A DNA stretch of 64,000 nucleotides from Methanothrix sp. (GCA_040770465.1 JAXGJB010000009.1:9808-73807), one strand, 5' to 3'. Shown: positions 17,760-27,902, counted from the stretch's first letter. The notes: generated from the letters alone by a model not told the origin. Program-made: numbers and translations.

Positions 17760-18607
17760 CCCGAAGGGGAAGGGCGACAGCCCTCGGCGCCGCCACGATC
17801 CTCAACGCCGTCGCCAACTGGAAGGGCTCCGCCTTCGGCGTGGACCTGAAGACCTCCGCCGAGGTGGTCCTGGACGACTCGCCCCGGGTCAGAGGAGACG
17901 TTCACGGCATCGACGACCGGCTGATCGTCCGATCCGTTGAGCGGGTCCTGGAGAGGTTCGGCGTCGCCTCCGGGGGCGTCGTCAGGACAGAGAGCGAGAT
18001 CCCCCTCGCTCGGGGGCTCAAGAGCAGCAGCGCCGCCGCCAACGCCGCGGTCCTCGCGACCCTCGACGCCCTGGGCGAGGAGCTGGACTCCATAGAGGCG
18101 ACGAAGATCGGGGTCGCGGCGGCACGGGACGCCGGGGTCACCATCACCGGAGCCTTCGACGACGCCGCGGCATCGATGCTGGGGGGGGTCGTCGTCACAG
18201 ACAACCGGGAGATGAAGCTTCTCAAAAGAGTGGAGGTGGATTCAGAGGTCCTCCTCCTCGTCCCCGAGGAGAAGATATTCTCAAAAGACACCGACGTCCG
18301 GAGGTCGCGGCTAATAGCGCCCATCGCGGACCTGATCTTCGAGCTCGCCCTCGCCGGCGACTACCCACGGGCGATGACCCTCAACGGCCTCGTCTACTGC
18401 TCCGCCCTGAAGCTATCAAGCGACCCCATATTCGCGGCCCTCGCCTCCGGCGCGAGGGGCGCCAGCCTCTCGGGGACGGGTCCAGCCTACGCCGCCCTCG
18501 TGGAGGACGAAAATATCGACGATGTCGAGTCGGCGATGCTCGATCTGGGCGGAAGGGTGATAAGGACGAAGGTTAACAACAGGGGCTCGTTCATCGGATC
18601 GAGGTGA
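17756..18607 (+). CDS. aroK: Archaeal (GHMP-type) shikimate kinase
   Basis: SEIPLARGLKSSSAAANA, TITGAFDDA, LSGTGP. Confidence 0.93.
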   Translation: MTRRGRATALGAATILNAVANWKGSAFGVDLKTSAEVVLDDSPRVRGDVHGIDDRLIVRSVERVLERFGVASGGVVRTESEIPLARGLKSSSAAANAAVLATLDALGEELDSIEATKIGVAAARDAGVTITGAFDDAAASMLGGVVVTDNREMKLLKRVEVDSEVLLLVPEEKIFSKDTDVRRSRLIAPIADLIFELALAGDYPRAMTLNGLVYCSALKLSSDPIFAALASGARGASLSGTGPAYAALVEDENIDDVESAMLDLGGRVIRTKVNNRGSFIGSR

Positions 18608-18612
18608 CCATC

Positions 18613-18897
18613 ATGAGCCTGGAAGATCTTCGCGCAGACGTTCAAAAAGTGGACCAGGAGATAATACGACTGATAGACGAGCGGGTGAGGCTAGCAGAAG
18701 AGATCTTCGAGGCCAAACGGGATCTTGGCGTCGGAATCGAGGACAAAAACCAGGAGAAGCTGGTGATGAAGAGGGCCCTGGACAATGCCACGGAGCTCGG
18801 CCTCGACGCCGGCGCGATAAAGGAGGTCTTCGCGACCCTGATCAGGATGTGCCTGGAAAAGCAGCACGAGCTTCTGGGGGAGGACAACCTCCCCTAG
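18613..18897 (+). CDS. Chorismate mutase, AroQ type
   Basis: LEDLRADVQKVDQEIIRLIDER; GAGGTGA RBS; follows aroK. Confidence 0.88.
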   Translation: MSLEDLRADVQKVDQEIIRLIDERVRLAEEIFEAKRDLGVGIEDKNQEKLVMKRALDNATELGLDAGAIKEVFATLIRMCLEKQHELLGEDNLP

Positions 18898-18969
18898 CCT
18901 GCTGAATAATTCATTCGCTTGATCGAACCAGGCGCTTCGATGGAACTCGCCTTTTGGAGATTGAAATCC

Positions 18970-19359
18970 ATGACCGAAATCGCCGTCATATCCGGGTCCA
19001 AATCGGACAAGCCCGTGGTGGACAAGGTCCTTCGGGTCCTCTCGGAGAAGGGGATCGACACCGAGGAGAGGGTTTTATCGGCCCACAGAAACCCCGATGA
19101 GCTGGATCGGTACATAAAGGAGACCGACGCTAAGATCTTCATAGCCGTGGCGGGCCTCTCCGCCGCCCTCCCCGGCTTCATCGCCTCTCGGACCGACCGG
19201 CCCGTGATAGGGGTTCCCGTCAGCGCGAAGCTTGGGGGCTTGGACGCCCTCCTCGCCATCTCCCAGATGCCGCCCGGAGTCCCCGTCGCCTGCGTGGGGA
19301 TCGACTCCGGGGAGAATGCGGCCCACCTGGCGTTGAGGATGCTGCTGGTGAATCGATAG
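18970..19359 (+). CDS. purE: N5-CAIR mutase / AIR carboxylase
   Basis: [30 protein letters not shown]. Confidence 0.93.
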   Translation: MTEIAVISGSKSDKPVVDKVLRVLSEKGIDTEERVLSAHRNPDELDRYIKETDAKIFIAVAGLSAALPGFIASRTDRPVIGVPVSAKLGGLDALLAISQMPPGVPVACVGIDSGENAAHLALRMLLVNR

Positions 19360-19398
19360 CTTTTATACGGAAGAGCTGGTATCCAAAGGCGGGATTTG

Positions 19399-19839
19399 AT
19401 GTACAGGAAGATCCTGATCGCCACCGACGGCTCCGAGATCTCGATACGCTCCAGCAGGCACGGCGTAAAGCTCGCGAAGTCCCTCGGCTCCGACGTCCTG
19501 GTCATCTACGTCATAAACGAGATGGCCGTCTCCAAGGCCATAGCCGCCCTCGTAGGCAGGGGTTTCTCCCAGGAGGATCTGAGAGCGGCCCTCAAGGGCT
19601 CCGCCGAGAAGATCGTGGCGGAGGTATGCAAGATGGGCGAGGCCTCGGGGGTCCGGGTTGAACCTCTCATCAGGGAGGGGGACCCGGCGTCCAGGATCCT
19701 CGACGCGGCCGGGATCGAGGAGGTCGACCTGATCGTCATGGGCAGCCATGGCGAAGGAGGGATCACCTCGAAGCTGATCGGGAGCGTGGCGCAGAAGGTC
19801 CTGAACTGGTCCGATACGCCGGTGATGATAGTGAGGTGA
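19399..19839 (+). CDS. Universal stress protein
   Basis: KILIATDGS...DLIVMGSHG...LIGSVAQKV. Confidence 0.92.
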   Translation: MYRKILIATDGSEISIRSSRHGVKLAKSLGSDVLVIYVINEMAVSKAIAALVGRGFSQEDLRAALKGSAEKIVAEVCKMGEASGVRVEPLIREGDPASRILDAAGIEEVDLIVMGSHGEGGITSKLIGSVAQKVLNWSDTPVMIVR

Positions 19840-19981
19840 CGAGGCGCCTCTGAGCCCTATATATGCCATATATAAGGCTTCTTGATGTCGGTATCGGAAA
19901 GATACCTATTTATATCAAAGGCGTAATGGATAAACTCAAAAGGTGCAGAAGGTTGTAGGGAGATTTGAGAGGTGTGATAAA

Positions 19982-20413
19982 ATGTACGATCGGATTTTAG
20001 TTGCTACAGACGGCTCCGCAAAGTCTAAGGTCGCGGTACAGCACGGCGTGGACCTGGCCAAGGCGACCGGCGCGAAGGTGCTCGGAGTTTACGTTGTGAA
20101 CGAGGTCGTCGTGGCCAGCGCCGTGAGGCAGCTGGGCGCCGACAAGAAAGAGATCGAAGCCAAGCTCCAGGCCGGCGGCGAGAAGGCCGTCGCCGAGATC
20201 AAGAAGATGGCCGATGACGCTGGCGTCGCCGTCGAGACGATGGTCAAGTCCGGGGCACCCGCCAACATGATCGTCGACCTCGCCAGGACTGAAGGAGTCG
20301 ATCTGATCGTCATGGGGAGCCACGGTGAGAGCGGCGTAACGAAGCTCCTCATCGGAAGCGTCGTCCAGAAGGTTCTGTATTGGGCTACCTGCCCCGTCCT
20401 CGTAGTGAGATGA
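19982..20413 (+). CDS. Universal stress protein (paralog)
   Basis: RILVATDGS...DLIVMGSHG...LIGSVVQKV. Confidence 0.92.
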   Translation: MYDRILVATDGSAKSKVAVQHGVDLAKATGAKVLGVYVVNEVVVASAVRQLGADKKEIEAKLQAGGEKAVAEIKKMADDAGVAVETMVKSGAPANMIVDLARTEGVDLIVMGSHGESGVTKLLIGSVVQKVLYWATCPVLVVR

Positions 20414-20419
20414 TTTAAG

Positions 20420-20530
20420 ATGGCAGTCGAGATGATTTCCTCAGGGATCGCATATCCCGCCTTTGCGGTGACTTTCATCGTCGGCACGCTCCTCGCCTAC
20501 ACGGTAATCAGCCTGATAGGCGGCAGCTAA
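20420..20530 (+). CDS. 36-aa single-pass membrane protein (not in ORF track)
   Basis: MAVEMISSGIAYPAFAVTFIVGTLLAYTVISLIGGS*; fills gap between usp stop and terminator. Confidence 0.6.
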   Translation: MAVEMISSGIAYPAFAVTFIVGTLLAYTVISLIGGS

Positions 20531-20541
20531 TTCGACAGATC

Positions 20542-20582
20542 AACGTCCTCCCCGGAGGGAGGACGTTTTCGTCTCTCTTTTT
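20542..20582 (+). terminator. Hairpin plus T-tract terminator
   Basis: AACGTCCTCCC-CGGA-GGGAGGACGTT (11-bp perfect stem) followed by pyrimidine/T run. Confidence 0.75.
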
Positions 20583-20669
20583 GATCGTGGCTCGTTTCGA
20601 GACGCTTCGGATATCTTGAAAAATAGCGGTCGGCAGACCGAAAGGTCTAGGCCGACTTCTGCTTCCCGA

Positions 20670-21728
20670 TCACTCAGCTTTGAAGTATTCCGGAGCCGTC
20701 TCCAGGGCTCGGGCGATCAGCTCGGCGCAGGCCTCGAGGTCTTTCGTGCTCAGAACCTCGACTGGAGAGTGGATGTACCTGGTGGCGACGCTGATGAGCC
20801 CCGTGTGAATTCCCTCCCTCGTCAGCTGGATGGCGGTGGCGTCGGTGGTCCCGCCGCCGGAGACGTCCATCTGGACGGCGATGTCGAACTTCGCGGCGGT
20901 CTCGGCGAGCCAATTCACTACCTTCTCCGATGCGATGAGACCCCGGCCCGAGGCGTCGGCGATGGTGATCACAGGCCCCTTCCCGATCTCTAGATTCGAG
21001 TCCTTCTTCTCGATCCCCGGATGGTCGCCGGGGATGGTGACGTCGGTTGCGAGGGCGACGTCGGGCCGGAGGTCGAAGGCGCTCGTCCTCGCCCCCTTCA
21101 GCCCCACCTCCTCCTGGACCGTCCCCACGGCGTAGATCGTGGATTTCGCCTTCGTCCGCTTCAGGGCCTCGATCATGATGGCGACCCCGGCCCGGTTGTC
21201 GAAGGCTTTGCCCGTCACTCTGTCCCCCGCAAGCTTTGCGAAGCTCCGATCGATGCTCATGGGGGTTCCGGGCTTGATCCCCAGAGCCTTAGCCTCGTCC
21301 TGGTCCGCGCATCCGGCGTCCACGAACATGTCCTTGATCTCGACCGGTTTCTTCCGGTCGTCGGGCTTCATGACGTGAGGGGGCTTTGATCCGACGACGC
21401 CGCAGATCGGCCCCGAATCGGAGTGGATGACCACCCTCTGGTTCAATAGGGTCTGATCAAACCAGCCCCCGATGGTGACAAAGCGTATGAACCCATTCTC
21501 GTCGACGTACTTGGTCATGAGGCCGATCTCATCGATGTGGGCTGCGATCATCACCGATGGTCGGTCGCCTTTCTTGGTGGCGACGAGGTTTCCTAGTTTG
21601 TCGACTCTCATCTCATCGACGAGAGGGCCGATCTCCTCGCGGAGTATCTCCTGGATCGACCCCTCTCGGCCGGATATCCCGTGGGCGTTGCTCAGCCGTT
21701 CAAGAAGCCTTTGAATCTCGCTCATCAT
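20670..21728 (-). CDS. M42 family metallo-aminopeptidase (TET/FrvX-like)
   Basis: AAHIDEIG, GKAFDNRAG, QEEVGLKGA, GGTTDA, RYIHSP. Confidence 0.93.
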   Translation of the reverse strand: MMSEIQRLLERLSNAHGISGREGSIQEILREEIGPLVDEMRVDKLGNLVATKKGDRPSVMIAAHIDEIGLMTKYVDENGFIRFVTIGGWFDQTLLNQRVVIHSDSGPICGVVGSKPPHVMKPDDRKKPVEIKDMFVDAGCADQDEAKALGIKPGTPMSIDRSFAKLAGDRVTGKAFDNRAGVAIMIEALKRTKAKSTIYAVGTVQEEVGLKGARTSAFDLRPDVALATDVTIPGDHPGIEKKDSNLEIGKGPVITIADASGRGLIASEKVVNWLAETAAKFDIAVQMDVSGGGTTDATAIQLTREGIHTGLISVATRYIHSPVEVLSTKDLEACAELIARALETAPEYFKAE

Positions 21729-21773
21729 TGATCATCTCGTTTTTATAAATGTAAATTAAATTCAAGTTGAAGT

Positions 21774-23309
21774 TCAGGCGGACCTCATCCTCGCCCCCGA
21801 GTTCCGGGACCGGGTGACGACTACCTCTCCCCCCACGTCCCTCATCGCCTCCATCGCCGCCGACTCGATATCCCTCGTCCCGGAGTCGGCGACGGCGTAG
21901 ACCGTGGGGCCGAAGGAGCTGAGGCCGGCACCGGCGGCTCCTGCCGCCCTCATCTCCTCCATGAGGCTTCGCACGAGCGGGTGCTGGAGCCCCACCTCCA
22001 CCTTCTTGAACCCCAGCTCCTGGACTCTGTTTATGGCTGCACCAAAGCCGTCCAGGTCCCCCGCCATCACCGAGGGCATCATCCCCACCATTATCAGCCG
22101 GCAAAGCTCCGCCACCTCGCCCTTCGGCACTGGACAGAAGGTGCCGAAGACGTCCACCTCCTTCCTGCCGTGAGCGCCTTTCGGCAGATTCGGCATCGCC
22201 AGGACGAAACTCCAGTCCCTCGGAATTTCGGTCCTCATGATCACCGGCGGAGGGGCGACCCCCAATGATGCGGAGGAGGGGCGGAAGTCCGTCTTCTCCT
22301 TTCCCGGTCCGAAGGAGTGGCCGCCGTCGACGATGAACCCGCCTCCCTCGAAGGCGGCGACCCCGATGCCGCTCGTCCCGCCCCTGCCGACGGCGGCGGC
22401 GATCTCTCGGGCCGATGCGGGCCGGCCGTACAGCTCGCAAAGCGCCTTCCCTACAGCCATCGCCAGCTGGGTTCCTCCGCCGAGGCCGACGTGCTGCTTG
22501 TAGCTGGACCACACAGTGATCTTTGCGCCCCCGAGGTCGAACCGGTCGATCGCGGCCTGTGCTGCGGCCCTCGCCCGGTCGGCGTTCTCGCCTCGGATGG
22601 TGAGTTCCTCCTCCCTCTCCGCCTCCACCACGATGGAGGGCTCGTCCAGGGCCACCCCCACGCCGCCGTCGACGCGCCCCAGGTCACCGGCTAGGTCGGT
22701 GAGGGTCATGTGAATCCGAGAGGGGGTCTGGACGATCACCCTCCTTCTGTCCTGAAAGTTGTTGTAGGGGAAGGTCTCGGTGATGGCCATAAGAGGCGTG
22801 CCGTGCCTGATGATCTTGTAGTCCCGGGAGAGCATCGGCTCTTTGGAGAAGAGGTTGAAGACGCCTTTCATCTCCCCCGCCTCTTTTATGGCTCTGACCC
22901 TCAGAAGGTCGCGCCTCGACTCGATCTGGTGCTTCTTGAGGATCGTTCCGATGGGGACATCCGCCCGCATCAGGTCGCTTCGAAACCGGTCCTCGAGCCG
23001 TTTCAGAGGGGTGAAGGATGCGGCGTGGATCAGGGTCTCTCCCGATACGGAGTTTTTGAGCTTGACGACCCTGTAGTTCACCTCGTCACCGGGCGCGATC
23101 TCCAGCTCGCGAGCCGTCTTTTCGTCTGCCGCCACCACCTTCTGGACGAGGGTCTCGATCTCGACGGGGCTTCCGGTGACGACCTCCAAGAGGGTCGTCA
23201 CGGAGCCGTCGGTCCCCAGGAGCATCTTCTGGACGGGGCTGAGCCTGCCCACCGCCTCCTCGAGACTTCCGATCTCCTCTTCGATCTTGCGGGGCGACGA
23301 TCTTTGCAC
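21774..23309 (-). CDS. mptG: Fusion: DUF98/chorismate-lyase-like domain plus beta-RFA-P synthase (methanopterin biosynthesis)
   Basis: N-term LLGTDGSVTTLLE...ADVPIG...ITETFP; C-term PSRIHMTL..GRVDGGVG, HVGLGGGTQ, GRGGTSGIG, GLSSFGP. Confidence 0.88.
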   Translation of the reverse strand: MQRSSPRKIEEEIGSLEEAVGRLSPVQKMLLGTDGSVTTLLEVVTGSPVEIETLVQKVVAADEKTARELEIAPGDEVNYRVVKLKNSVSGETLIHAASFTPLKRLEDRFRSDLMRADVPIGTILKKHQIESRRDLLRVRAIKEAGEMKGVFNLFSKEPMLSRDYKIIRHGTPLMAITETFPYNNFQDRRRVIVQTPSRIHMTLTDLAGDLGRVDGGVGVALDEPSIVVEAEREEELTIRGENADRARAAAQAAIDRFDLGGAKITVWSSYKQHVGLGGGTQLAMAVGKALCELYGRPASAREIAAAVGRGGTSGIGVAAFEGGGFIVDGGHSFGPGKEKTDFRPSSASLGVAPPPVIMRTEIPRDWSFVLAMPNLPKGAHGRKEVDVFGTFCPVPKGEVAELCRLIMVGMMPSVMAGDLDGFGAAINRVQELGFKKVEVGLQHPLVRSLMEEMRAAGAAGAGLSSFGPTVYAVADSGTRDIESAAMEAMRDVGGEVVVTRSRNSGARMRSA

Positions 23310-23397
23310 AAGAAAAAAGAAGTGCCGGCTTGCATAAAGTTTTTCCCCTCTGATGACGAGCCTTCTCCTCTATCCGGGCTTTGTGGAGGTTGCTATA

Positions 23398-24654
23398 TTG
23401 AATACGTCGAGAATTACGGGGTTTTATAAGCTTCCAGCCGCCGATCGGCTGAGGATCGTGGCGGAGAATGTGGGATTGGGGGACGAGGATGTCGAGGCGA
23501 TCGGCGGGTCGGGCTTATCCCTCGGCCAGGCCGACAAGATGGTCGAGAACGTCGTCGGCCTCTTTGCGATCCCCCTGGGGATCGCCACCAACTTCGTCAT
23601 CGACGGGCGGGAGGTTCTCATACCCATGGCGACGGAGGAGCCCTCGGTGATCGCCGCCGCCAGCAACGGGGCGAGGATGGCCATCGCCGGCGGAGGCTTT
23701 GTCACCAGCAGCACAAGGCCCGTGATGAGAGCCCTCATCCAGGTGACGGGGACAGACGACCCCAACGGAGCGAGGCTCGCCATCCTGGCACGAACCGATG
23801 AAATAGCGGCTCGGGCGAACGAGAAGGACCCGATGCTGGTCAGATACGGCGGAGGCGTCGTCGGCGTCGAGGCTAACGTGGTCAACACCAGGAAAGGGCC
23901 GATGGTTGTTGTTCACCTCCTCGTCGACTGCAGGGACGCCATGGGCGCCAACGCCGTCAACACCATGGCCGAGGCCCTCGCCCCCTTCATCGAGGAGATC
24001 ACCGGCGGCAAGGTATACCTGAGGATCATATCGAACCTCGCCGACCTGAGGCTCGCCCGGGCAAGGGCCCTCTTCAAGGCCGACGAGATCGGGGGGGCCG
24101 AGGTCGTCGACGCCATAGTCCTCACCAGCGCCCTCGCCGAGAGCGACCCCTATCGGGCGGCAACCCACAACAAGGGGATAATGAACGGGGTGACGGCCGT
24201 GACCATGGCCAGCGGAAACGATACTCGGGCCATCGAGGCCGGAGCCCACTCTTACGCCGCCCGAGGCGGAACCTATCGATCCCTCTCGGTCTACGAGAAG
24301 AACAGGGACGGCGACCTCGTTGGCACCATCGAGCTTCCCGTCGCCGTCGGGACCGTCGGAGGCGCGACCCGGGTCCATCCCGTCGCTCGGGCCAACATGA
24401 AGATCCTGGGGCTGAAGTCCGCCGACGACCTCGGAAGGATCCTGGCATCGGTGGGCCTCGCCCAGAACTTCGCAGCCCTCCGGGCTCTCGCCACCGAGGG
24501 GATCCAGAGGGGTCACATGTCGCTACACGCTCGGAACGTCGCCGTCGAGGCGGGGGCAAAAGGCGACGAGATCGAGGCGGTGGCGGCGAAGATGGCGGCC
24601 GAGAAGATGATCAACGCGGATCGGGCAAAAGAGCTGCTTCGTGAGATGAGATGA
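23398..24654 (+). CDS. mvaA: HMG-CoA reductase, class II type
   Basis: ENVVG, PMATEEPSV, DAMGAN, HNKGIMNG, EGIQRGHMSLH; TTG start after GGAGGT. Confidence 0.92.
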   Translation: MNTSRITGFYKLPAADRLRIVAENVGLGDEDVEAIGGSGLSLGQADKMVENVVGLFAIPLGIATNFVIDGREVLIPMATEEPSVIAAASNGARMAIAGGGFVTSSTRPVMRALIQVTGTDDPNGARLAILARTDEIAARANEKDPMLVRYGGGVVGVEANVVNTRKGPMVVVHLLVDCRDAMGANAVNTMAEALAPFIEEITGGKVYLRIISNLADLRLARARALFKADEIGGAEVVDAIVLTSALAESDPYRAATHNKGIMNGVTAVTMASGNDTRAIEAGAHSYAARGGTYRSLSVYEKNRDGDLVGTIELPVAVGTVGGATRVHPVARANMKILGLKSADDLGRILASVGLAQNFAALRALATEGIQRGHMSLHARNVAVEAGAKGDEIEAVAAKMAAEKMINADRAKELLREMR

Positions 24655-25484
24655 GCCTTTTGATCGGGGTTTTGGGGCCGGAAGGAACCTTTTCGGAGAA
24701 GGCGGCGAAACGGTTCGACCCACAAGCAAGCCTCCGCTACTTCCGGGACTTCGAGGAGGTGATCGCCGCCGTCGAGGGAGGCGAGGTGGACCGGGGGGTC
24801 GTCCCCCTGGAAAACAGCCTGGAGGGGTCGGTGGGGATGACCCTCGACTCCCTCCTCCGCCGCGACGTCAAGATCGTCGGCGAGATCAACCTCGCGGTGA
24901 GACACTGCCTTCTGGGGATGGGGCGGGCTGAGGAGGTGAAGGTGATCCTATCTCACCCCCAGGCTCTCGCCCAGTGCAGAAGCTACATCAAACGTAACTT
25001 CCCCGAGGCCGAGCTCAGGACCACCGGCTCCACCAGCCACGCCGCCCGCCTCGCCGGCGAGTTCTCTGAGATGGCGGCGATCGCCGACGCCGAGACCGCA
25101 GAACGGTACGGCCTTTCGGTGATCGGGCGGAACGTCCAGGACTCAGACCAGAACGTCACCCGGTTTGCGGTGGTGGGCCGGGAGGCAGCGGGGCCGAGCG
25201 GAAGAGACAAAACGTCCCTGGCGGTATACCTGGAGCGGGCCGAGCCCGGCGCCCTCTGGGAGGTTCTGGGAGAGTTTGCCAAGAGGAAGATCAACCTCAC
25301 CAAGATCGAGTCGCGGCCCAGCAAGCGGGGACTTGGAGACTACTACTTCTTCATCGATCTTGAGGGGCACGTCTCCGACCCCCTCGTCGAGGAGGCCCTG
25401 GCTCGTATAAGGGAGAGGGCGGCCATGACCAAGGTTCTGGGGTCCTACCCCCGGACGGACCTGAGCGATAACTCGGAGAGATGA
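24651..25484 (+). CDS. pheA: Prephenate dehydratase
   Basis: LGPEGTFS, ENSLEG, SHPQAL, NVTRF, ACT domain with IESRP. Confidence 0.95.
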   Translation: MSLLIGVLGPEGTFSEKAAKRFDPQASLRYFRDFEEVIAAVEGGEVDRGVVPLENSLEGSVGMTLDSLLRRDVKIVGEINLAVRHCLLGMGRAEEVKVILSHPQALAQCRSYIKRNFPEAELRTTGSTSHAARLAGEFSEMAAIADAETAERYGLSVIGRNVQDSDQNVTRFAVVGREAAGPSGRDKTSLAVYLERAEPGALWEVLGEFAKRKINLTKIESRPSKRGLGDYYFFIDLEGHVSDPLVEEALARIRERAAMTKVLGSYPRTDLSDNSER

Positions 25485-25490
25485 GGTGAG

Positions 25491-26000
25491 ATGGAGCAGG
25501 AGAGGCTGGGGGATGAGATGCCGAAGGATGGGAAAGGGCGAAAGAGAGAAGAGAGGAAAACCCAACGTGCGAAATCTCAAAATATCGCAGCATCCCTGAA
25601 GAAGACCGCCGCAAGCTTCGCCCGCGTCTTTCCGGTCCTCATCGGGGTGATGCTCCTCATCTCTCTTATTCTGGTCCTCGTCCCGTCGTCCCTCTATGGG
25701 AAGGTCTTTTCCGGGAACGAGATCTTCGATCCCCTGATCGGAGCCGCTATAGGGAGCATCGCCGCCGGAAACCCCATAACCAGCTACATCGTCGGCGGAG
25801 AGCTGATAGACCAGGGCGTGAGCCTTCTGGCGGTGACGGCCTTCATAGCCGCCTGGGTGACCGTCGGCGTGCTGCAGCTGCCCGCCGAGGCGACAATATT
25901 GGGAAAGAGGTTCGCCCTGATCAGAAACGGAGCCGCCTTCCTATCGGCGGTGCTGGTGGCCATCCTCACCTCCGTCACCCTGGGGCTGATCTGGCCTTGA
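25491..26000 (+). CDS. Permease-like membrane protein (DUF318-type half), subunit 1
   Basis: Hydrophobic; GSIAAGNPITSY, WVTVGVLQLPAE. Confidence 0.75.
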   Translation: MEQERLGDEMPKDGKGRKREERKTQRAKSQNIAASLKKTAASFARVFPVLIGVMLLISLILVLVPSSLYGKVFSGNEIFDPLIGAAIGSIAAGNPITSYIVGGELIDQGVSLLAVTAFIAAWVTVGVLQLPAEATILGKRFALIRNGAAFLSAVLVAILTSVTLGLIWP

Positions 26001-26500
26001 CAATCAGAACCCCATCAGCAAAGCACTTTCTTATTCTTTTGGCAGCCCTCTACATCGGGGTTGCCGCCGCCGATTTCGACCTCTTTTTGAGGGCGGTCTC
26101 GGTCTTCGCCAGCCTCCTATCAAGCGTCCTTCCGATCCTGGCCCTCGTCCTCGTGATCATGTCCCTTCTGAACCTGGCGATCCAGCCCGGAATGGCGAAG
26201 AGGATGCTCGGAGAAGGGTCGGGGCTGAAGGGGTGGACCTTCGCCCTGGTGGGGGGCGTCCTCTCTTCAGGCCCCATATACGTCTGGTACCCTCTCATCG
26301 CAGATCTCAGAGAAGGGGGGATGAGAGCCTCCCTCGTTGCGGCCTTTCTATACGCCCGGGCGATCAAGGTGCCGATGATCCCCCTTCTCATCTACTACTT
26401 CGGCTGGAACTTCACCCTCATCTTCACCCTCTACCTGTTGATCTTCTCTGTCCTGAACGGGCTTATTGTCGAGAGGCTGACGGAAAGTGGAGACGGATGA
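25997..26500 (+). CDS. Permease-like membrane protein (DUF318-type half), subunit 2
   Basis: LGEGSGLKGW, GVLSSGPIYVWYPL; 4-nt overlap with subunit 1. Confidence 0.75.
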   Translation: MTIRTPSAKHFLILLAALYIGVAAADFDLFLRAVSVFASLLSSVLPILALVLVIMSLLNLAIQPGMAKRMLGEGSGLKGWTFALVGGVLSSGPIYVWYPLIADLREGGMRASLVAAFLYARAIKVPMIPLLIYYFGWNFTLIFTLYLLIFSVLNGLIVERLTESGDG

Positions 26501-26747
26501 GAAGGGGGCTTGCGGTGGAGCGGGAGATCCTCTCGACGGTTCAGGTCCTCATTCGACCCGAAGATCTCCGAGCTGAAACCGCCAGCCTTAAAGGCAGAAA
26601 AAAAGGCAGAAAAAAGCGACCACCGCGCCCTCTGAAAGGATGAATTACGACTTCGGGGATGGCCTATAGGTTTATCTAATAGAAATGTAGCATACTCGGT
26701 AGCACGTCAAGCTTTACTACTTCAGGTGAATTTGGGAGGCGACGAGA

Positions 26748-27902
26748 TTGGGAAAGATAAAATTAGCAATTGCCGGTTTGGGCAATTGCGCCAGCTCTCT
26801 CATCCAAGGAATTGAATACTACAAAAATTCAGATGATGATAATTGGATAGGGCTGATGCATCAGACCGTTGGCGGCTACAGGCCGGGAGACATAGAGGTG
26901 GTAGCAGCCTTCGACATAGACGAGAGGAAGGTGGGAAAGGACGTCAGCGAGGCGATCTTCTCCCCGCCAAACTGCACAAAGACATTCTATTCCGAAGTCC
27001 CCTTCATGGGCGTGAAGGTGAAAAAGGGGCCGGTCCTGGACGGAGTTGCCCCTCACATGCACACATACGACGACGAAAAGACCTTCATCGTCTCGGACCT
27101 GGAGCCCTGCGACGTCGTCAGGGAGCTGGAGGAGAGCGGCGCCGAGGTCCTGATAAACTACATGCCCGTCGGCTCCGAGGAGGCCAGCCGTTTCTACGCA
27201 AAGGCCGCCCTGGACGCCGGCGTAGGCTACGTGAACTGCATGCCGGTCTTCATAGCCTCCGATCCGGCGTGGGCGAAGAAGTTCAAAGATGCGAACGTCC
27301 CCATAGTCGGAGATGACGTCAAAAGCCAGATCGGAGCCACCATCGTCCACAGAACCCTCGCCAAGCTCTTCAACGACCGGGGATGCAAGCTCGATCGGAC
27401 CTACCAGCTGAACACTGGCGGCAACACCGACTTTTTGAACATGCTCAGCCAGGACCGTCTCAAGTCCAAGAGGATCTCCAAGACCGAGGCGGTCCAGTCG
27501 GTCCTGGACGTCCCCCTCATGGCCGACGACATCCACATCGGCCCCTCCGACTACGTCCCGTGGCAGAAGGACAACAAGATCTGTTTTCTGAGGATGGAGG
27601 GGAGGATATTCGGCGACGTCCCCATAAATCTTGAGCTGAGGCTCTCGGTGGAGGACTCCCCCAACAGCGGCGGGTCCACCATAGACGCCATCAGGGTCTG
27701 TAAACTGGCCATCGACAGGAATATCGGAGGCCCCCTGATCGAGATATCCGCCTACACCATGAAACATCCTCCGATCCAGTATCCCGATTTCGTGGCCCGA
27801 GACCTGGTGGAGAAGTTCCTGAAGGGCGAGGTCTACGACGCCTCCCCCGACGCCCACCTGAGCCCGAAGATGGCCACCGCGATCCAGGACAAGGGCGAGT
27901 GA
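26748..27902 (+). CDS. ino1: myo-inositol-1-phosphate synthase
   Basis: GLGNCASS, GDDVKSQIGAT, QLNTGGNTDF, VEDSPNSG. Confidence 0.95.
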   Translation: MGKIKLAIAGLGNCASSLIQGIEYYKNSDDDNWIGLMHQTVGGYRPGDIEVVAAFDIDERKVGKDVSEAIFSPPNCTKTFYSEVPFMGVKVKKGPVLDGVAPHMHTYDDEKTFIVSDLEPCDVVRELEESGAEVLINYMPVGSEEASRFYAKAALDAGVGYVNCMPVFIASDPAWAKKFKDANVPIVGDDVKSQIGATIVHRTLAKLFNDRGCKLDRTYQLNTGGNTDFLNMLSQDRLKSKRISKTEAVQSVLDVPLMADDIHIGPSDYVPWQKDNKICFLRMEGRIFGDVPINLELRLSVEDSPNSGGSTIDAIRVCKLAIDRNIGGPLIEISAYTMKHPPIQYPDFVARDLVEKFLKGEVYDASPDAHLSPKMATAIQDKGE

